This document shows positions 1-13,043 of a stretch of DNA of 64,000 nt, in pieces. This DNA is from Phoronis australis (taxonomy: Eukaryota > Animalia > Phoronida). The stretch covers positions 246,804-310,803 of the forward strand of contig NMRA01000483.1 in the NCBI GenBank assembly GCA_002633005.1, given 5' to 3'. The notes under the pieces were generated by a model. That model did not search any database, was not told the DNA's origin, and saw nothing but the letters and a program-made list of their open reading frames with translations. The position numbers and the translations under genes are program-made. Positions within the stretch are counted from its first letter, which is position 1. Each line of letters begins with the position of its first letter.

Positions 1-719
1 TATGTGCCATTGTGCACTACAATTGCGTTCGTACTGTATATTCGTCGTTGTTCGTGTGCTTGATCCAAAATTCCTTATGCACGATTGATAGGTTTATGTG
101 CATGATTCAGTGATCCGTGCTTATAAAGTTAAGTGCTCATGCGCATGATTGCATGACACCTCTGCTACTTCTGTTCCAAAATAACGTAGTCAACACTAAA
201 CATCCTAACTCAGCCGACTACAATACATTTAAGTGCGCTGTAAAATGTTGTTGGGTTTCAAGTCCAACCAAAAATGGACAAGCGCTCCGCAGTATGACTG
301 GGGTCTGGGAATCTGAACTTCAGGAGCCACAAGCAGACAGTGATGAAGTACCGAAATTTGTGCTTGGATTTTGGTTATCACCAAAAGTGGTTGCCAATCA
401 TGTATCACCAAAAGTGGTTGCCAATTATAAAAACATTTAATTTAGAGTCAGTAATTTTCCGAAACAAAGACGCCACGGCTGATTTCCTGTAGTTGAGTAG
501 TTTTATAGTCAATAAAGGCACGAATTAAAGACCCTACACCAAGATGAGCAAACAATACACATGCCGCTCCAGCGGCCTTGCATGATGCAGACATGTTATT
601 TTGAAGGCTGTGAATGGTTTTTCTCTTGTCGGGTCCTGCCAGTAATTACCAACGACATCAATACATGTAGCCATAGTGTATGTAGTTGAAACATGGATGA
701 CATTTCAAGTTTACTGTAC

Positions 720-2754
720 CTTTACTTCGGAGTCATGTTCAGCAGTATCGGCATGTGCTGAACAATACATCGAACCTAGTTTAGGAGTATTGGGGCATCC
801 AATGCTGATACTGCCTAACTCCTCTGAGTCGACATAAGCACTTTCTCGCACATTACAAACATTTCGCCTTGCCTTCATGTGGCCATCGACAACCAGCATC
901 TTGGAGCAACCTGGAACGACAAGAACTGCAATTAAAACATATATCGAACCTGGTGTTTGGGATACTCATTATGTAACTCGTCTTACTTTATAATAACAAG
1001 CAAAAGAAGTAGTTAGTGTTTTAAAAAATTGGTTACTATAAGTACTAACTGGTCAGTGGTGGCGGTCATTTAGAGTCCGTGTTCATCTAAATAGGCATTA
1101 TTGTTTTGTGAAGTATTCTATTTCAACTTAACCTAAAAGTTTACCCTCGTGTGTGCAGTTGTCCTTATGAGATGGACCCGACCACTTTTTCACAAAATGT
1201 GATCTGATGTCATTTATGAAATGTTCCAATGTCACATCGAGAGTGTCAGAGACCAATCTCAGTGGCATTTCAGTCAGTTTGTCCATGCTGTGCAGCCAGT
1301 ACAGCAATTTCCATTTATACCTGAAAAAGCAATTGGGCAAAGCGAAACAATAAGAGGACTTTGAAGGATGATACCCTAATTATCTAGGCGCTTGCATCGA
1401 AACTGCAATTATACGATTGACATTATGTGACAACTGAGTTATAAAAAATTACTAAGGAATTTTATACTGTTGTAGTAATCGAGGTTTTGTTAAGAAATTT
1501 AGCTAATCATGAACTCGTGCTGAAACATTCATAACAAATAAGAAGCCCATGATCGGGTTTAGGCAATTGTCTTTGTCAATCTTAGTGAGATCCACAGTTT
1601 GTATAGAACTGATTCTTCATTTTTCAGTGGTAGCTATAAAACTTTTTTCTACGCATCATTTATGCACAATTACACACGTGTTTTGAGACAATTCCAATAT
1701 TGTCTGTGGTCGAGAGAGCCATAACGACAGTTTTTTGATGATTTTTCTTACAGGGAAGAGCAGCGATTTTAAACAACTGAGTAATCTTTTAACTCATGTC
1801 TGAGTTAAAACTTTTTCAATGAATAGCTAAGAAGTTATTTCATGAAACACGAAAGGACTTCACGAAGGTTAATTATTGCATGTACAGTACCTTAACTNTT
1901 CACAAAATGTGATCTGATGTCACTCATGAAATGTTCCAATGTCACATCGAGAGTGTCAGAGACCAATCTCAGTGACATTTCAGTCAGTTTGTCCATGCTG
2001 TGCAGCCAGTACAGCAATTTCCATTTATACCTGAAAAAGCAATTGGGCAAAGAGAAACAATAAGAGGACTTTGAAGGATGATACCCTAATTATCTAGGCG
2101 CTTGCATCGAAACTGCAATTATACGATCGACATTATGTGACAACTGAGTTATAAAAAATTACCAAGGAATTTTATACTGTTGTAGTAATCGAGATTTTGT
2201 TAAGAAATTTAGCTAATCATAAACTCGTGCTGAAACATTCATAACAAATAAGGAGCCCATGATCGGGTTTAGGCAATTGTCTTTGTCAACCTTAGTGAGA
2301 TCCACAGATTGTACAGAACTGATTCTTCATTTTTCAGTGGTAGCTATAAAACTTTTTTCTACGCATCATTTATGCACAAGTACACACGTGTTTTGAGACA
2401 ATTCCAATATTGTCTGTGGTCGAGAGAGCCATAACGACAGTTTTTTGATGATTTTTCTTACAAGGAAGAGCAGCGATTTTAAACAACTGAGTAATCTTTT
2501 AACTCATGTCTGAGTTAAAACTTTTTCAAAGAATAGGTAAGAAGTTATTTCATGAAACACGAAAGGACTTCACGAAGGTTAATTATTGCATGTACAGTAC
2601 CTTAACTGAAGCCAACCCATTTTTACGTACCAAGTGTCAGCTAATTTTCTCCTGTCCATTTGCACATGTGGAATTACCAAGGTCTCTACTTCTAGCAGCA
2701 TTCACTTCATTGTAAAAAGCGGCATACGCTTCAAAGCTGGTGTACTTCCGACGC
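720..2754 (-). pseudogene. CxC6/KDZ (Kyakuja-Dileera-Zisupton)-type transposase-like gene, internal exons only, with a 1-nt frameshift
   Basis: GT-AG exons 2754-2631, 1320-1145 and 910-720 splice to RRKYTSFEAYAAFYNEVN..(frameshift)..MDRRKLADTWYKWKLLYWL...FVKKWSGPSHKDNCTHEGCSKMLVVDGHMKARRNVC...GCPNTPKLGSMYCSAH. This matches the H-x-C..GC..LVxDGxxK..R.VC..GC..P..S.YC..H pattern I recall for animal CxC5/CxC6-KDZ proteins. Exon 2631-2754 is 124 nt, one base off the phase needed. Upstream and downstream exons were not found. Confidence 0.75.
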
Positions 2755-4318
2755 CTGTAGTGAAAATCATTGTTATGGTTTCTTTCTTCGCAAAAACCAA
2801 GTTGACTCAATTAACTATAACATTGGAAACAAACTTTTTGGTATAGTTCCCATCGAATAATTAGTTATTCCTCACATTTGCAACACTTGACATATTTATG
2901 TTTTGAATTATCACACGGGCTTTATTATTGATAAGAGGCATTGGAAGAAACAAACACCCAGCTTTCCGTGCACCCCATGGATTTATTACGACGCTGTTAA
3001 TTGTGGTGTTCATTCAAGAGTGCACCAGTGCGACATTGGCGCAGTAAATTAAGCGAAGGTCGCGTGAATTCTTACCACTCGGGGCCGGCAGGGACAACCC
3101 TGAACCACGTTTTCATTTGGGTGCGCGAAAGTCCCATTTAAAATAAGTGTTTTTGGAATCTCTGACTTAGTTTGAATTATAACATAGCACTGCATACACA
3201 CAGAATTTGAAAGATGAGCGAGTAGACATCTATAATGCTTTTCAAAACGTCTGATTAATACTTTACACGTGTCAAAGCATGTTTGGTCAATGTGACCCAT
3301 AACAGCTGACGGATTTTATGGAAATGATGTCCGAACCTGTAAATTGGTTTTACCTCATTATTCGTGAAATGTATACATGTACAGTCAGTGGTCAGACAAT
3401 TCATTACCATGTTTATTTGCATTTTATGAGACACGTAGTGCCACTGTAAGTGGACATGTGTATTCATGCTCAACTTCATTTCCTGCCCGAGCCCTTTTAT
3501 CTTTCTGTTGACAATTTTACGTGTTTTTCTTGTCATTTCGTATTTCAACTTCTTTTAAACTTCCTTATTTTTGATTGGTCTATTGTTTTGCCTTTGTACT
3601 TATTTATAGTGATTGCTGACCACTACTAAGCATTACAGGTTATACAAATGGCAGTTGACTCGACATCTGTTCTTGGGCAACAACAACACCCTCTCAATCA
3701 CTGAAAACTGACAATGAGACAGGACAGGACTCACAGGCATCCTGAGCATCCATAGACACAAGATATCAACAAACACTTCATACTCAAGGGAAATGACAAA
3801 TTACAATAAAAGATCACTGTACACACAAGTCAATGTTCAGGATCTGACTATGAAGTCATAATTATTTTATTTTGATTGGCACCAATAGATGTCATTTCAT
3901 GAAAAAACGCTGTTTTTTCTACAGATGCCCGATTGGAAATATTAATTGGGGAGACATGAAAAGTGACAAACTGCATGTTTCACACATGATGAATGCAGCA
4001 TCAAAATGGGATTCAGAACATATTAATATCAAGCGGCAAAGCCTTAGGATTTGTATTCTAAGCAATAAGCCAAACTTGCAGTCTCCCGTTTCCATACGTT
4101 GCATTTTTCATAACCTGCATTTCGTTTGCGTGGAACATTTGATCAATTACAGATACATTTTCACCAAACCTACTTCCACCTCATTTTAATGGTCTCGATT
4201 CACAGATTGGATGTGTCCAGTAGTTTTTAGCACTCAGCAACAAGACAGATAAAGGTTTGGGATTGAAAAACGGAAAAAATTTAAAATTATTTCTGCATAC
4301 ATGTCAGAATCTTTATTT

Positions 4319-4640
4319 GTATCCAACTAATCCCAATCTATCTCAACTTATCCTGCCAACGCCATGCCATCTGTTGCCCTTCAACGTAGTTTAGTTGAAA
4401 TTGGTTGTACCAACTAATCCCTAGTCGTATCCAACTAATCCCAGTCTATCTCAACTTATCCTGCCAACGCCATGCCCTCTGTTGCCCTTCAACGTAGTTT
4501 AGTTGAAATTGGTTGTACCAACTAATCCCTAGTCGTATCCAACTAATCCCAATCTATCTCACCTTATCCTGCCAACGCCATGCCCTCTGTTGCCCTTCAA
4601 CGTAGTTTAGTTGAAATTGGTTGTACCAACTAATCCCAAG
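4319..4640 (+). repeat. 108-bp tandem repeat x3 inside the left inverted repeat (one copy in the right arm)
   Basis: Units start at 4319, 4427 and 4535 (gtatccaactaatccc...). Each has short internal palindromes (ttcaac..gttgaa; ttggt-tgt-accaa). Confidence 0.9.
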
Positions 4641-4828
4641 TTATCTCCTGCCCGATTACCAGCACGCCCTCTGTCGTCCTTCAACATAGTTAAGATTAGT
4701 TGTACCATGGTGCCATCTGTTGAGCGTTGTTTGCCACACTACACCCTCTTATTTCCACCATCACCTCAAATGGCCTATTCAACTAATTCAACTAATTCAA
4801 CCAATTGTAGCGCCATCTGAAGTATTAC

Positions 4829-5420
4829 TAGCATTGCAATTGTGCTGAGATATGTTGTCAAACGTTAACGGCTATCGTGTTGCCATCTGTTGTCAGAAGT
4901 TTACTTGAATCTACTCCAATTTATCCTCATCGTAGAGCAATCTTGGTGCTTTGTGTACTTAAATTTTTCATAAATAAACGTTTTTGCAAAGATGGAAAAG
5001 CATAACAAAGACTTGATTCGGCATTGACACAAATATTTTTTTGTATTCTTATATTTATCTAAACTAAACGTTTGTACATAGCATTGCAATTGTGCTGATA
5101 TATGTTGTCAAACGTTAACGGCTATTGTGTTGCCATCTGTTGTCAGAAGTTTACTTGAATCTACTCCAACTTATCCTCATCGTAGAGCAATCTTAGTGCT
5201 TTGTGTACTTAAATTTTTCATAAATAATCGTTTTTGCAAAGATGAAAAAACAACCAAAGTCAACAGATAGGCCAAGTATAACTAACCCGCAAAGTATAAC
5301 CCAGGAAGAGTTTTGTATAATTAACCCGCTAAGTATATCCCAAGAAAAGTTTTTTGTTATGGCAATTAAAGTCAACAGATAGGCCAAGTATAATTAACCC
5401 GCCAAGTATAACCCAAAAAG
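4829..5420 (+). repeat. Subterminal direct repeats
   Basis: A ~170-bp block at 4829 recurs at 5079 (250-bp period). It is followed by repeats of aagtcaacagataggccaagtataa and taacccgcNaagtata (5258-5420). Confidence 0.8.
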
Positions 5421-7254
5421 AGTTTTTTGTTAAGGCAATTTTTTATTTGATATAGCTGAATAAGTTAGAAACACATCATTTAAAATACATATCAAAATGC
5501 TTTCTTACACATCGCTTACCCGTTCTATAATGAATGCCACAATAGAAATTACCAAAACAAATCAAAATAACGTGATCGTTCACAACATAAGTGTATGGCA
5601 ATCTCGCTTACCCGTTATTTAGTGCGTGATCATTCACAACATAAGTGTCTGGCAATCTCGCTTACCCGTTATTTAGTGAATGTACACAGAATATCAAAAA
5701 CTGTCAAAAGAATTCAAAATACTATAATAAATGTACTAAACGTTTTCACATTAAGTGATGATAAAATCTAACAAAAATTAGGAAAAACCAACAATTTCGA
5801 GTAACATCTCTGCATATCATTCATTTACTACAAAGTGCATGAGAAAGCATTCATCGCATTTTTATTGTCTATCAAATAAACAACAGTTTGAATGAACAAA
5901 TTAAATAAACCACTAGCGGCAAAGCCTCTCCCCAAAAACGAAACCAGTTTCAATGCTACATATCACCCAGTTACTGCGACATATACAAAAACCAATTCTG
6001 TATTAGCATATCGATAGTAATAAGCATTGTGAATTAAAATGGTTTAACCAAAAATCAACTTAAACACTTCTAATAACTGAATATGAAGCTAGAGCTGAAA
6101 ATATACATGCCATCAAACGGTAATCTAAGCATTAAATTAAAGAATCTTGCAACACCTCGCAGGTCGTGATCGTAATACCAGATAAATGGGGCGATGACTT
6201 AAACATAAATATCACTAGTATAATGTCACTAAATGAGGAAACAATATGGCTGACAAATGAATTGAACTTGTTCAAATTTTACATAAAACACGTCTACCAA
6301 AAGTGAATTAATTCATGACGCCTNCATGTAAATATAAAAATAAACGAAATCTGTGCTTCCAAAGCAACCGAGATCAAAGTTTGTGACAGCAGAAATGGAT
6401 TTTAACTTAGGGTACTTCTGAATGCTGTTTTAAGCAATATGCTAGCGCTTCCTTGTCTCTGAAAAATGTTTAAACATAACTCAAAGTGGTTTCACCTGTT
6501 CTTGTGATTGTAGTAAATCGTTAATGAAATGAAATTATATAATGATTTTATGAAGTAACATTTTTATTTGAATGAGAAAAGAAGGTATCAAAAAAACTAG
6601 ATGTTTTTCTAGATTTCCTTGCACCAGAACCGTGATACCGGGAGATGGGTTTGTGCTCAAAACGCTATATTTTAGGAACTCGGGGTGTTTAACTTAAAAC
6701 CTGTCTGAGGGTCGTTGTTGTGTTGTGTTGGTATTAGTGGCTTTGGTATATAGAATGTCCAAAATGAAAAACACTGCTTTCGGAAAGGGACTTTTTAATC
6801 GTAAATGAAAATTGTCTTCATATTTTGAGGAGTATCTAGTAAGTAAAACTAGGTTTAGATGTTGTCAATACTGGCAGCACTGAATGTGCATATAGCAGGC
6901 GAATCCCCATAACCAATCTTGTGCCGGTACAGAATTCTAAAATGTTTGGCATTAATGAAGCTCGTGGCTATTGGCTGACCGTTCGTGGAGATTTGGATAT
7001 AGAAGGGTACACGTGCCCGTGTCCCCTTTATACATGGTTTGAAATCAGCTGACCTTGCCGTCATCATCATGTCTTCGATTGCTAAATGCGANCCATAACC
7101 AATCTTGTGCCGGTACAGAATTCTAAAATGTTTGGCGTTAATGAAGCTCGTGGCTATTGGCTGACCGTTCGTGGAGATTTGGATATAAAAGGGTACACGT
7201 GCCCGTGTCCCCTTTATACATGGTTTGAAATCAGCTGACCTTGCCGTCATCATC

Positions 7255-10200
7255 ATGTCTTCGATTGCTAAATGCGATTTTGAGACGAGAATGAAGCAGT
7301 GTTTCGACCAATCCGAATCTGTTCATATGAGTGCTTTGCTCTCTGACGAATTGGCTGCGGTTATAACCAACGCTGCTGAGAGCAATAGCGTTTGTCCACA
7401 GTTAGTTCTACCAGCTTTTCTGGCGGCCGTTGCGCACTTCACCAAGCAATCCAGCGTGTTCATGTGGAAGAAATTTGAGCAACCTTTAATAGTCTTCTCT
7501 ATGCTGGCCGGTCAGACGGGATCCAACAAGTCAGCGGCACTGTCCGTAAGTATTTGAAACTTCATTTCCATAGTGTATCCTTTTTGAAATGCTTTTTAAT
7601 CGTTGAGAACTTGTTGTTTTTCCATGACAATACAAATTGCCCAAGCTACAATTTAAGTTTTAAGCAAGACATGATTTTCCCTACAAGTTTGGCTTGATTA
7701 CGGTTAGCAACAATGCTTAGGCGAGTTCGTTATTCTCAAAACGTGTATAGAAATGTGTATTGAAAACGGTGAGATAGCCCACACATAGACTTTCAAAAAG
7801 GTATAAGAAAAATGTCAGTTCGGTGCTGCTTTTTTGAGTGAGACTAAAATAAGTGTATTACTTGGGATCGATTTTGTACGATAATGTAACAGGCCATTAT
7901 TAGACTGGTTTGTTGGGAATCGCTTAGCCGCATTAAGTGCAGACAGAGGATGCTGATTCGAATTACGGTAGCCAGCACAAGAAGCCGTGCTGTGGCTGCA
8001 CATCCACTGTTTGAATGCCGTTTATATTTTGGCGAAGTATGTTTTTGAAGTTTAGCCATTTGTGCGGTTAGACTTAACTTTGCCTATTAGGTCCGTTGTT
8101 GAGTATCAAATGAGAACCGGAACCCTACACTTATTGGTCGGGTTTGAGTATTTTCGTTTTCCCGAATTGTTTTTGTCAAACTGGTGAGGCTGTTTGTGTA
8201 CTTTTTTCTTACATGCGAGAAACACCCTTTACTCTCAAATTGAGATTAAATATGTATGATTTCGTGCAGAAAGGTGTGATACTGAATTACCCAAGATTAT
8301 GCAAAAACGTATTTTCAGGAAAATACATTCTTCATCAAAAAAATTAGAGGAACGGAAATTTTTATTAGTGATCACTGTATCACTTTGTTTTATTTTTCAT
8401 CTCTTTGACTGTGTTGCAATACGTGTACAATTGTTTCTTTTTATTTTTTTCATGTTTCTCATGTATTTAAAGTGACTTATAAACTCCATGGTGGGCTTTT
8501 TTGTTATTTTTCGCTTTATTCCATGTGTACGAATAGTAAATGTGACTGTAGTAAACTATTTACCTACTTACGTTATGTAAAAAGGTAAATGAAGACTAAA
8601 TATAGGTCTCTTCAACGGAAAGAAAGTGGGGCGTTGGAGGTACAAGTTGGGATTTTTCCCCAGTATTAGCTGAGTAGTTTCAAGATGTCTCTTAGTTTTT
8701 GAATAGATTTTCCTTTGAATTGTCAGTACAGTGGCCGTACGCCTACCTGCACTTCACGCACTGTGAGATGTATGTTTTACCTGTCCTGTAACCAGTACGT
8801 TAGGTTTTTCCAAGTAAGAATCAACTCAAATTATTCTTGAATGTGCGTCATTTGCCTGTATGGAAAAAGTGTAAATAAAGTGCCTGTCGATAAATTATTA
8901 ATTAATTTTCCCCCTCAGGTTATTCGTAGTGCTGTGAGGGAAGTTGAGACAGCTGCAGGGATACCATTGAAAGATTCGCGCGTAAATAATTGTGAGTAAA
9001 GGTTGTAAATATTATAACCACGTTATCAGTAAAATGTGATTGAAAGAAGGTCCAAACATTACCCTCCATCTTATTGACGATCTTTACAGATATGCAAGTA
9101 TGAGCAAAATACTGGAATGCATTGAGTGTAGAACACTGCCAATGGGTACATTTTGATAAGTTGATGCTAAATCTTAAATGAAGTACTGAACTGGTTCGGT
9201 GGAATTCAATTTTCTCATTAGGGTTGAGAAAAAAATAGTATTTGCTTGAGTATCTTGTTTCATGCGGGTATCCAGCCCCCCATTTGGCGAAGTGGGATAA
9301 ATGGTTCGCCTCAGAGAAACAAAAAGTCCGAAAAAGTAAAAAACGAGGCAAAGGATCATCTAAAGAGGCAGGAACAACCAAAATTCGGCGAATGCACAAT
9401 TCATAGCTTTAAGAGTACCCCGTTTTTTCTCAACAGTTCGAACCTCCCATTTTTTAGCTTCGGTGCGCGCATGTGTTGATATCTTTTTATAAACCTTATT
9501 CACGCAGTCCCCGTTTTAGTAGTAAGCCTCTTATCTTTGATTTTAAAAACAATGTATTTGCGACACGAATATAAGAAGGCACGCGAAACAATCACGCTGT
9601 GCGTTCTATTTCAGGACAAAATGCATTGTTTTAAACCTAAGAAGACGATCATTTTTGAAATGGCTGCTGCATGAATACGTTGTATATGCATTGTTTTCTT
9701 GACATGGTTTTATTTGACATGCTAGCACGAGTAGAGCCTTCTTGCATTTTGTTCGGGCGCGCACCCGGGGGGGGGTTCGGGGGCTCGAATGAAGCCCCCC
9801 ACTTGGCGAAGTGGGCAAAAAGGTTCGCCTCTGAGAAACAAAAACACCGAGAAAATGAGACCAAAGTCCACTAAACAAGCACAAACACGCAATTCACAGT
9901 GGTGGCCGAGCTTTTTGTTTTGGTCAGCCCGATTTCTTATTGTTACCAAAAGGTACACAACGTCAGGAATTCGAGCACCCCATTTTGAAGGCTGGGTGCG
10001 CACATATTGTTTGAGTTAACTTGTTGACACTGGAATTACATGTTTTGGTGTTTGTTGAGAGTCATTGAGATAGTCCTTTTAATTCATCGGTGTTTAAACT
10101 TAGTAATAATCTTTAATAGCAATAGTTTAATTTCTATATGAAGGCTTGTGTTCACCTATACATGAAACTTTTAACGGATATTTATAAAATACAGCCTAAA

Positions 10201-13043
10201 CAACTTACGAGAAGTTTAAAGAGCAGTGATCTCGTATGTCTTGCAATAAATAACACGTATTGTACATTTGTTTATAGCTTTCATATTAAAAGTAATATAA
10301 TCAGTTATAGTATTATAAAGAGAAACTATCTCGCAGGTTGACCTGTATTTATTATTTTATTTTGTATTTGTAGCTGCCACAGTTGAATCTCTCCTGAAAG
10401 AGTTGGACACGCACACTAACATCATCCAGATGTGGGATGAAATGACAATGTGGTCAAGAAGCTTGGGTATGTGTGCCGCTGAAAAAAAATTGTGTTTTGT
10501 CAGTATGACTTCATATGAAATAAAAAGATGCTTTTTTGAATAGGGGCTCTTAAATACAAGTTTAATAAAATGCATATAAATAATGTATGGAGCTGCTGCA
10601 ATTGTCCACCATGCTTTTTACACGGACATAAATGTGACCATACTTAAAAATCCTTACAAAGAAACCGTAAAAATACTTGGTGAGCAGGTTGAATACTGTA
10701 TCAGAGGCAGAAAACCACTTTCAATATTGCAATTTAGTAAGCTTATCACGTTACAGGTCTTTTAACTACTATTGCTCAGGTTTACAAGAAATCAATTTCT
10801 ACCTAGTCAGTTTTAATTCACAGGCGTATACAAGAAAGGGGAATCCTCCTACGACAGAACATACTTCTTGTCATTATACAACGGTGAAACTGAACTAAAA
10901 AGACAACTGAAAGGAGAGGGAGGTAAGGACAGATGATATTTAAGTACCTAAATGTAGTGTGTGCAACGTTACTAATTTCTTTGACATGTTTTCCTTTTGT
11001 TGGGTGAATCGCTTCAAAAATGGCATGTAATATAGTTATATTATTAATATCAATGCATTGTTACGGTGGTAACTTTGTGGCCCACTTCATGAACAAGACT
11101 TGGTGATTTGGATTATTTGCTGTGCAAAAAATTGATTAGATTAAAAACTGTAAAGAAACGCTGATATTAATGAGCAAATTACTCTTAACGCGTTATTCTC
11201 TTAAGTGACATTAAGAATCATTGTTGTTGACATGTGCAAGAGGCTTTAGAATAGCTCCCAAAATAATAAAATGGAATGTTAGGAGTGTTTTCAGTGTCAC
11301 TTAACCCTTAACATTTATTAGCATGTCATATGGTTATGTTTTGGATACCATTGTGTTGTTTTTGAGAAGTCGCGGTGACGTGGAAAAATTGAATTCAAAA
11401 TGCTGTTTATTTCATTTAATATTCTGCGTTATTGTAATTTTTTAGCTCCAAAACGGCGTTTTGTGAGATATCATTAACATTTAATCTAATATAATAAAGC
11501 TATATTATTAATACCATTGCATTGCTACGGTGGTAACTTTTGGCCACTTTCAACAAGATTTGGTGATTTTAATTATTTTTAAATGTCCTCCATTTTAAGG
11601 ATATTTGATGCAGTACTAATGTATTTATTACTTCATTAAATTTGTAACATTTGCTGTAACTAACGTGTTTAACTATTTCAGGATCAATCAACTTAAGCAA
11701 TCCTCGCCTCGCCATAACCGGAATGGTTCAGCCAAGGCTTGGCGACGAAAGAAGTGAGGCCACGTCCAATGATGGGCTTTGGAGTCGGTTCCTGATGCTG
11801 GCTCCAAAACCCAAATTCTTTGAGCCTGAAAGCGAGCCTGACGTATGGGAGGACATCCCGTCAGTTGCCATGGTGCTCGCGGCAGTCAGGGCGCAACACG
11901 TGGAAGACAGGAGATACACACTGTCAGAGGAGGCCAAGCGCCTGTTGAAGGAGGAAATTTCGTCCTACAACAGCTACACAGAAAGAAATTTACTCACTGA
12001 TGAGTACATGTGTGGTGAGTTGGGAAAGTTGAAAACGTCTCTTTGATTGCAAATGTTCATGATAACACAGTTGTAGTACTGTAGGTAAATATGAAAAAAG
12101 TAAGATGGAATTACACGAAATGTTTCGTTTACATACTTTATGCATTGTTGTGTTAAGCACTATTAAGAATGATATGACATTGGTGTTATAACAAGACAGA
12201 AAATGTTACTATAGGTATTTACGATTCTGCAATTAGAAATCTCTGTTATAGAAGAATGCTGTGATTGATGTTGCTAAGGATGTTCTAAACTCGTTGGCAA
12301 TAGTTAATGTAGTTTTTAATATTTTTGTAAATGATAGCATAACCGTGTGATCGATATAATTTTCTCTTTATTTATAGGAGTGTATGCCAAGGCCAAAGGG
12401 CAGGTGGCAAGACTGTCGGGTATCCTTCAGGCAGCCGAGAATGCAGTCTTGCTTCTAGAAGAGATGGGCAAGACAGCGAGAGACGTGCGTAATGTGGACG
12501 CGGACTTCCTGGCTTCCCTAGCGGAAGAAATCGGAAAGAGGGATGTCGCAGAAATTATATCTGAGGCATCAGCGCGACACGCCATCACGCTACTTCAGAC
12601 ATTTACTGCTCACAAGCGGTACTTGTCTGGAGTAGAATGCACTAGCGACTTCCAAACGGACATGGCGTGTGCACGAGCATTGCTGTTGTACCCAGCGCCA
12701 TCATTCAGCATGACGCAGATTTTGCGGAAGAAAAAAAGGGGCCTTACGTCGTCAACCTACAGGGCGATGATGGAAAGATTGGCGGCGGAAGAGCTCGGTG
12801 AACTGAAACTGCAACCAAGCCAATATAACAACAAGGTTTCGGTGACTTTTGTTAAGAGGCCTCTACCAGATGATCTAGAAGAGGCGGAGGAGTTTCGGTC
12901 GAAACTGGAGACATATGGTGTTGGGTGGGCTGAGTACAGTACATCAGTAGCAGATACGCCAGCTAGGCCTGCGAAGAGGCGCCTATTTGAGGCTGATGAG
13001 GATGGGACGTCGCCCACTGCTGCGGAGGCCAGTACCTCTGTGC
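7255..13043 (+). CDS. DUF3987/YfjI-like P-loop NTPase (putative helicase-like ATPase), six exons, 3' end lost in gap
   Basis: Exons 7255-7545, 8919-8991, 10374-10466, 10824-10922, 11682-12014 and 12378-13043 all have GT-AG borders and compatible phases (0,1,1,1,1), with no stops over ~518 aa. Motifs in order: Walker A LAGQTGSNKS; ATVESLL..IIQMWDE (Walker B); GVYKKGESSYDRTYFLSLYNG; PRLAITGMVQP; DGLWSRFL (arginine-finger-like); KAKGQVARLSGIL. Confidence 0.88.
9261..9473 (+). mobile_element. MITE fragment, CATGCGCGCACCC-ended family
   Basis: Shares ccccc-a-ttggcgaagtggg..aggttcgcctc.gagaaaca with the copies at 9754, 23348 and 26070. Ends in ggtgcgcgcatg. Confidence 0.6.
9754..10006 (+). mobile_element. 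MITE of the same family, in intron 2 of the DUF3987 gene
   Basis: Imperfect TIR gcgcgcaccc / gggtgcgcac; homologous to 9261-9473, 23348-23520 and 26070-26334. Confidence 0.7.

Noticed and set aside
2755-4295. Upstream CxC5 exons of the KDZ gene
   Set aside because: Candidate acceptors at ~3337 and ~4115 give no recognisable motifs or run into stops.
4319-4640. CRISPR-like array of palindromic repeats
   Set aside because: Units are wholly repeated with no unique spacers, there are no cas genes, and the context is eukaryotic.
4611-4820. ORF MKLVVPTNPKLSPARL.. and its twin at 12983-13204
   Set aside because: Chance frames in the two arms of the inverted repeat.
6855-7256. 133-aa ORF with an internal repeat
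   Set aside because: Produced by the 185-bp overlap around N7092, and antisense to the 5' region of the DUF3987 gene.
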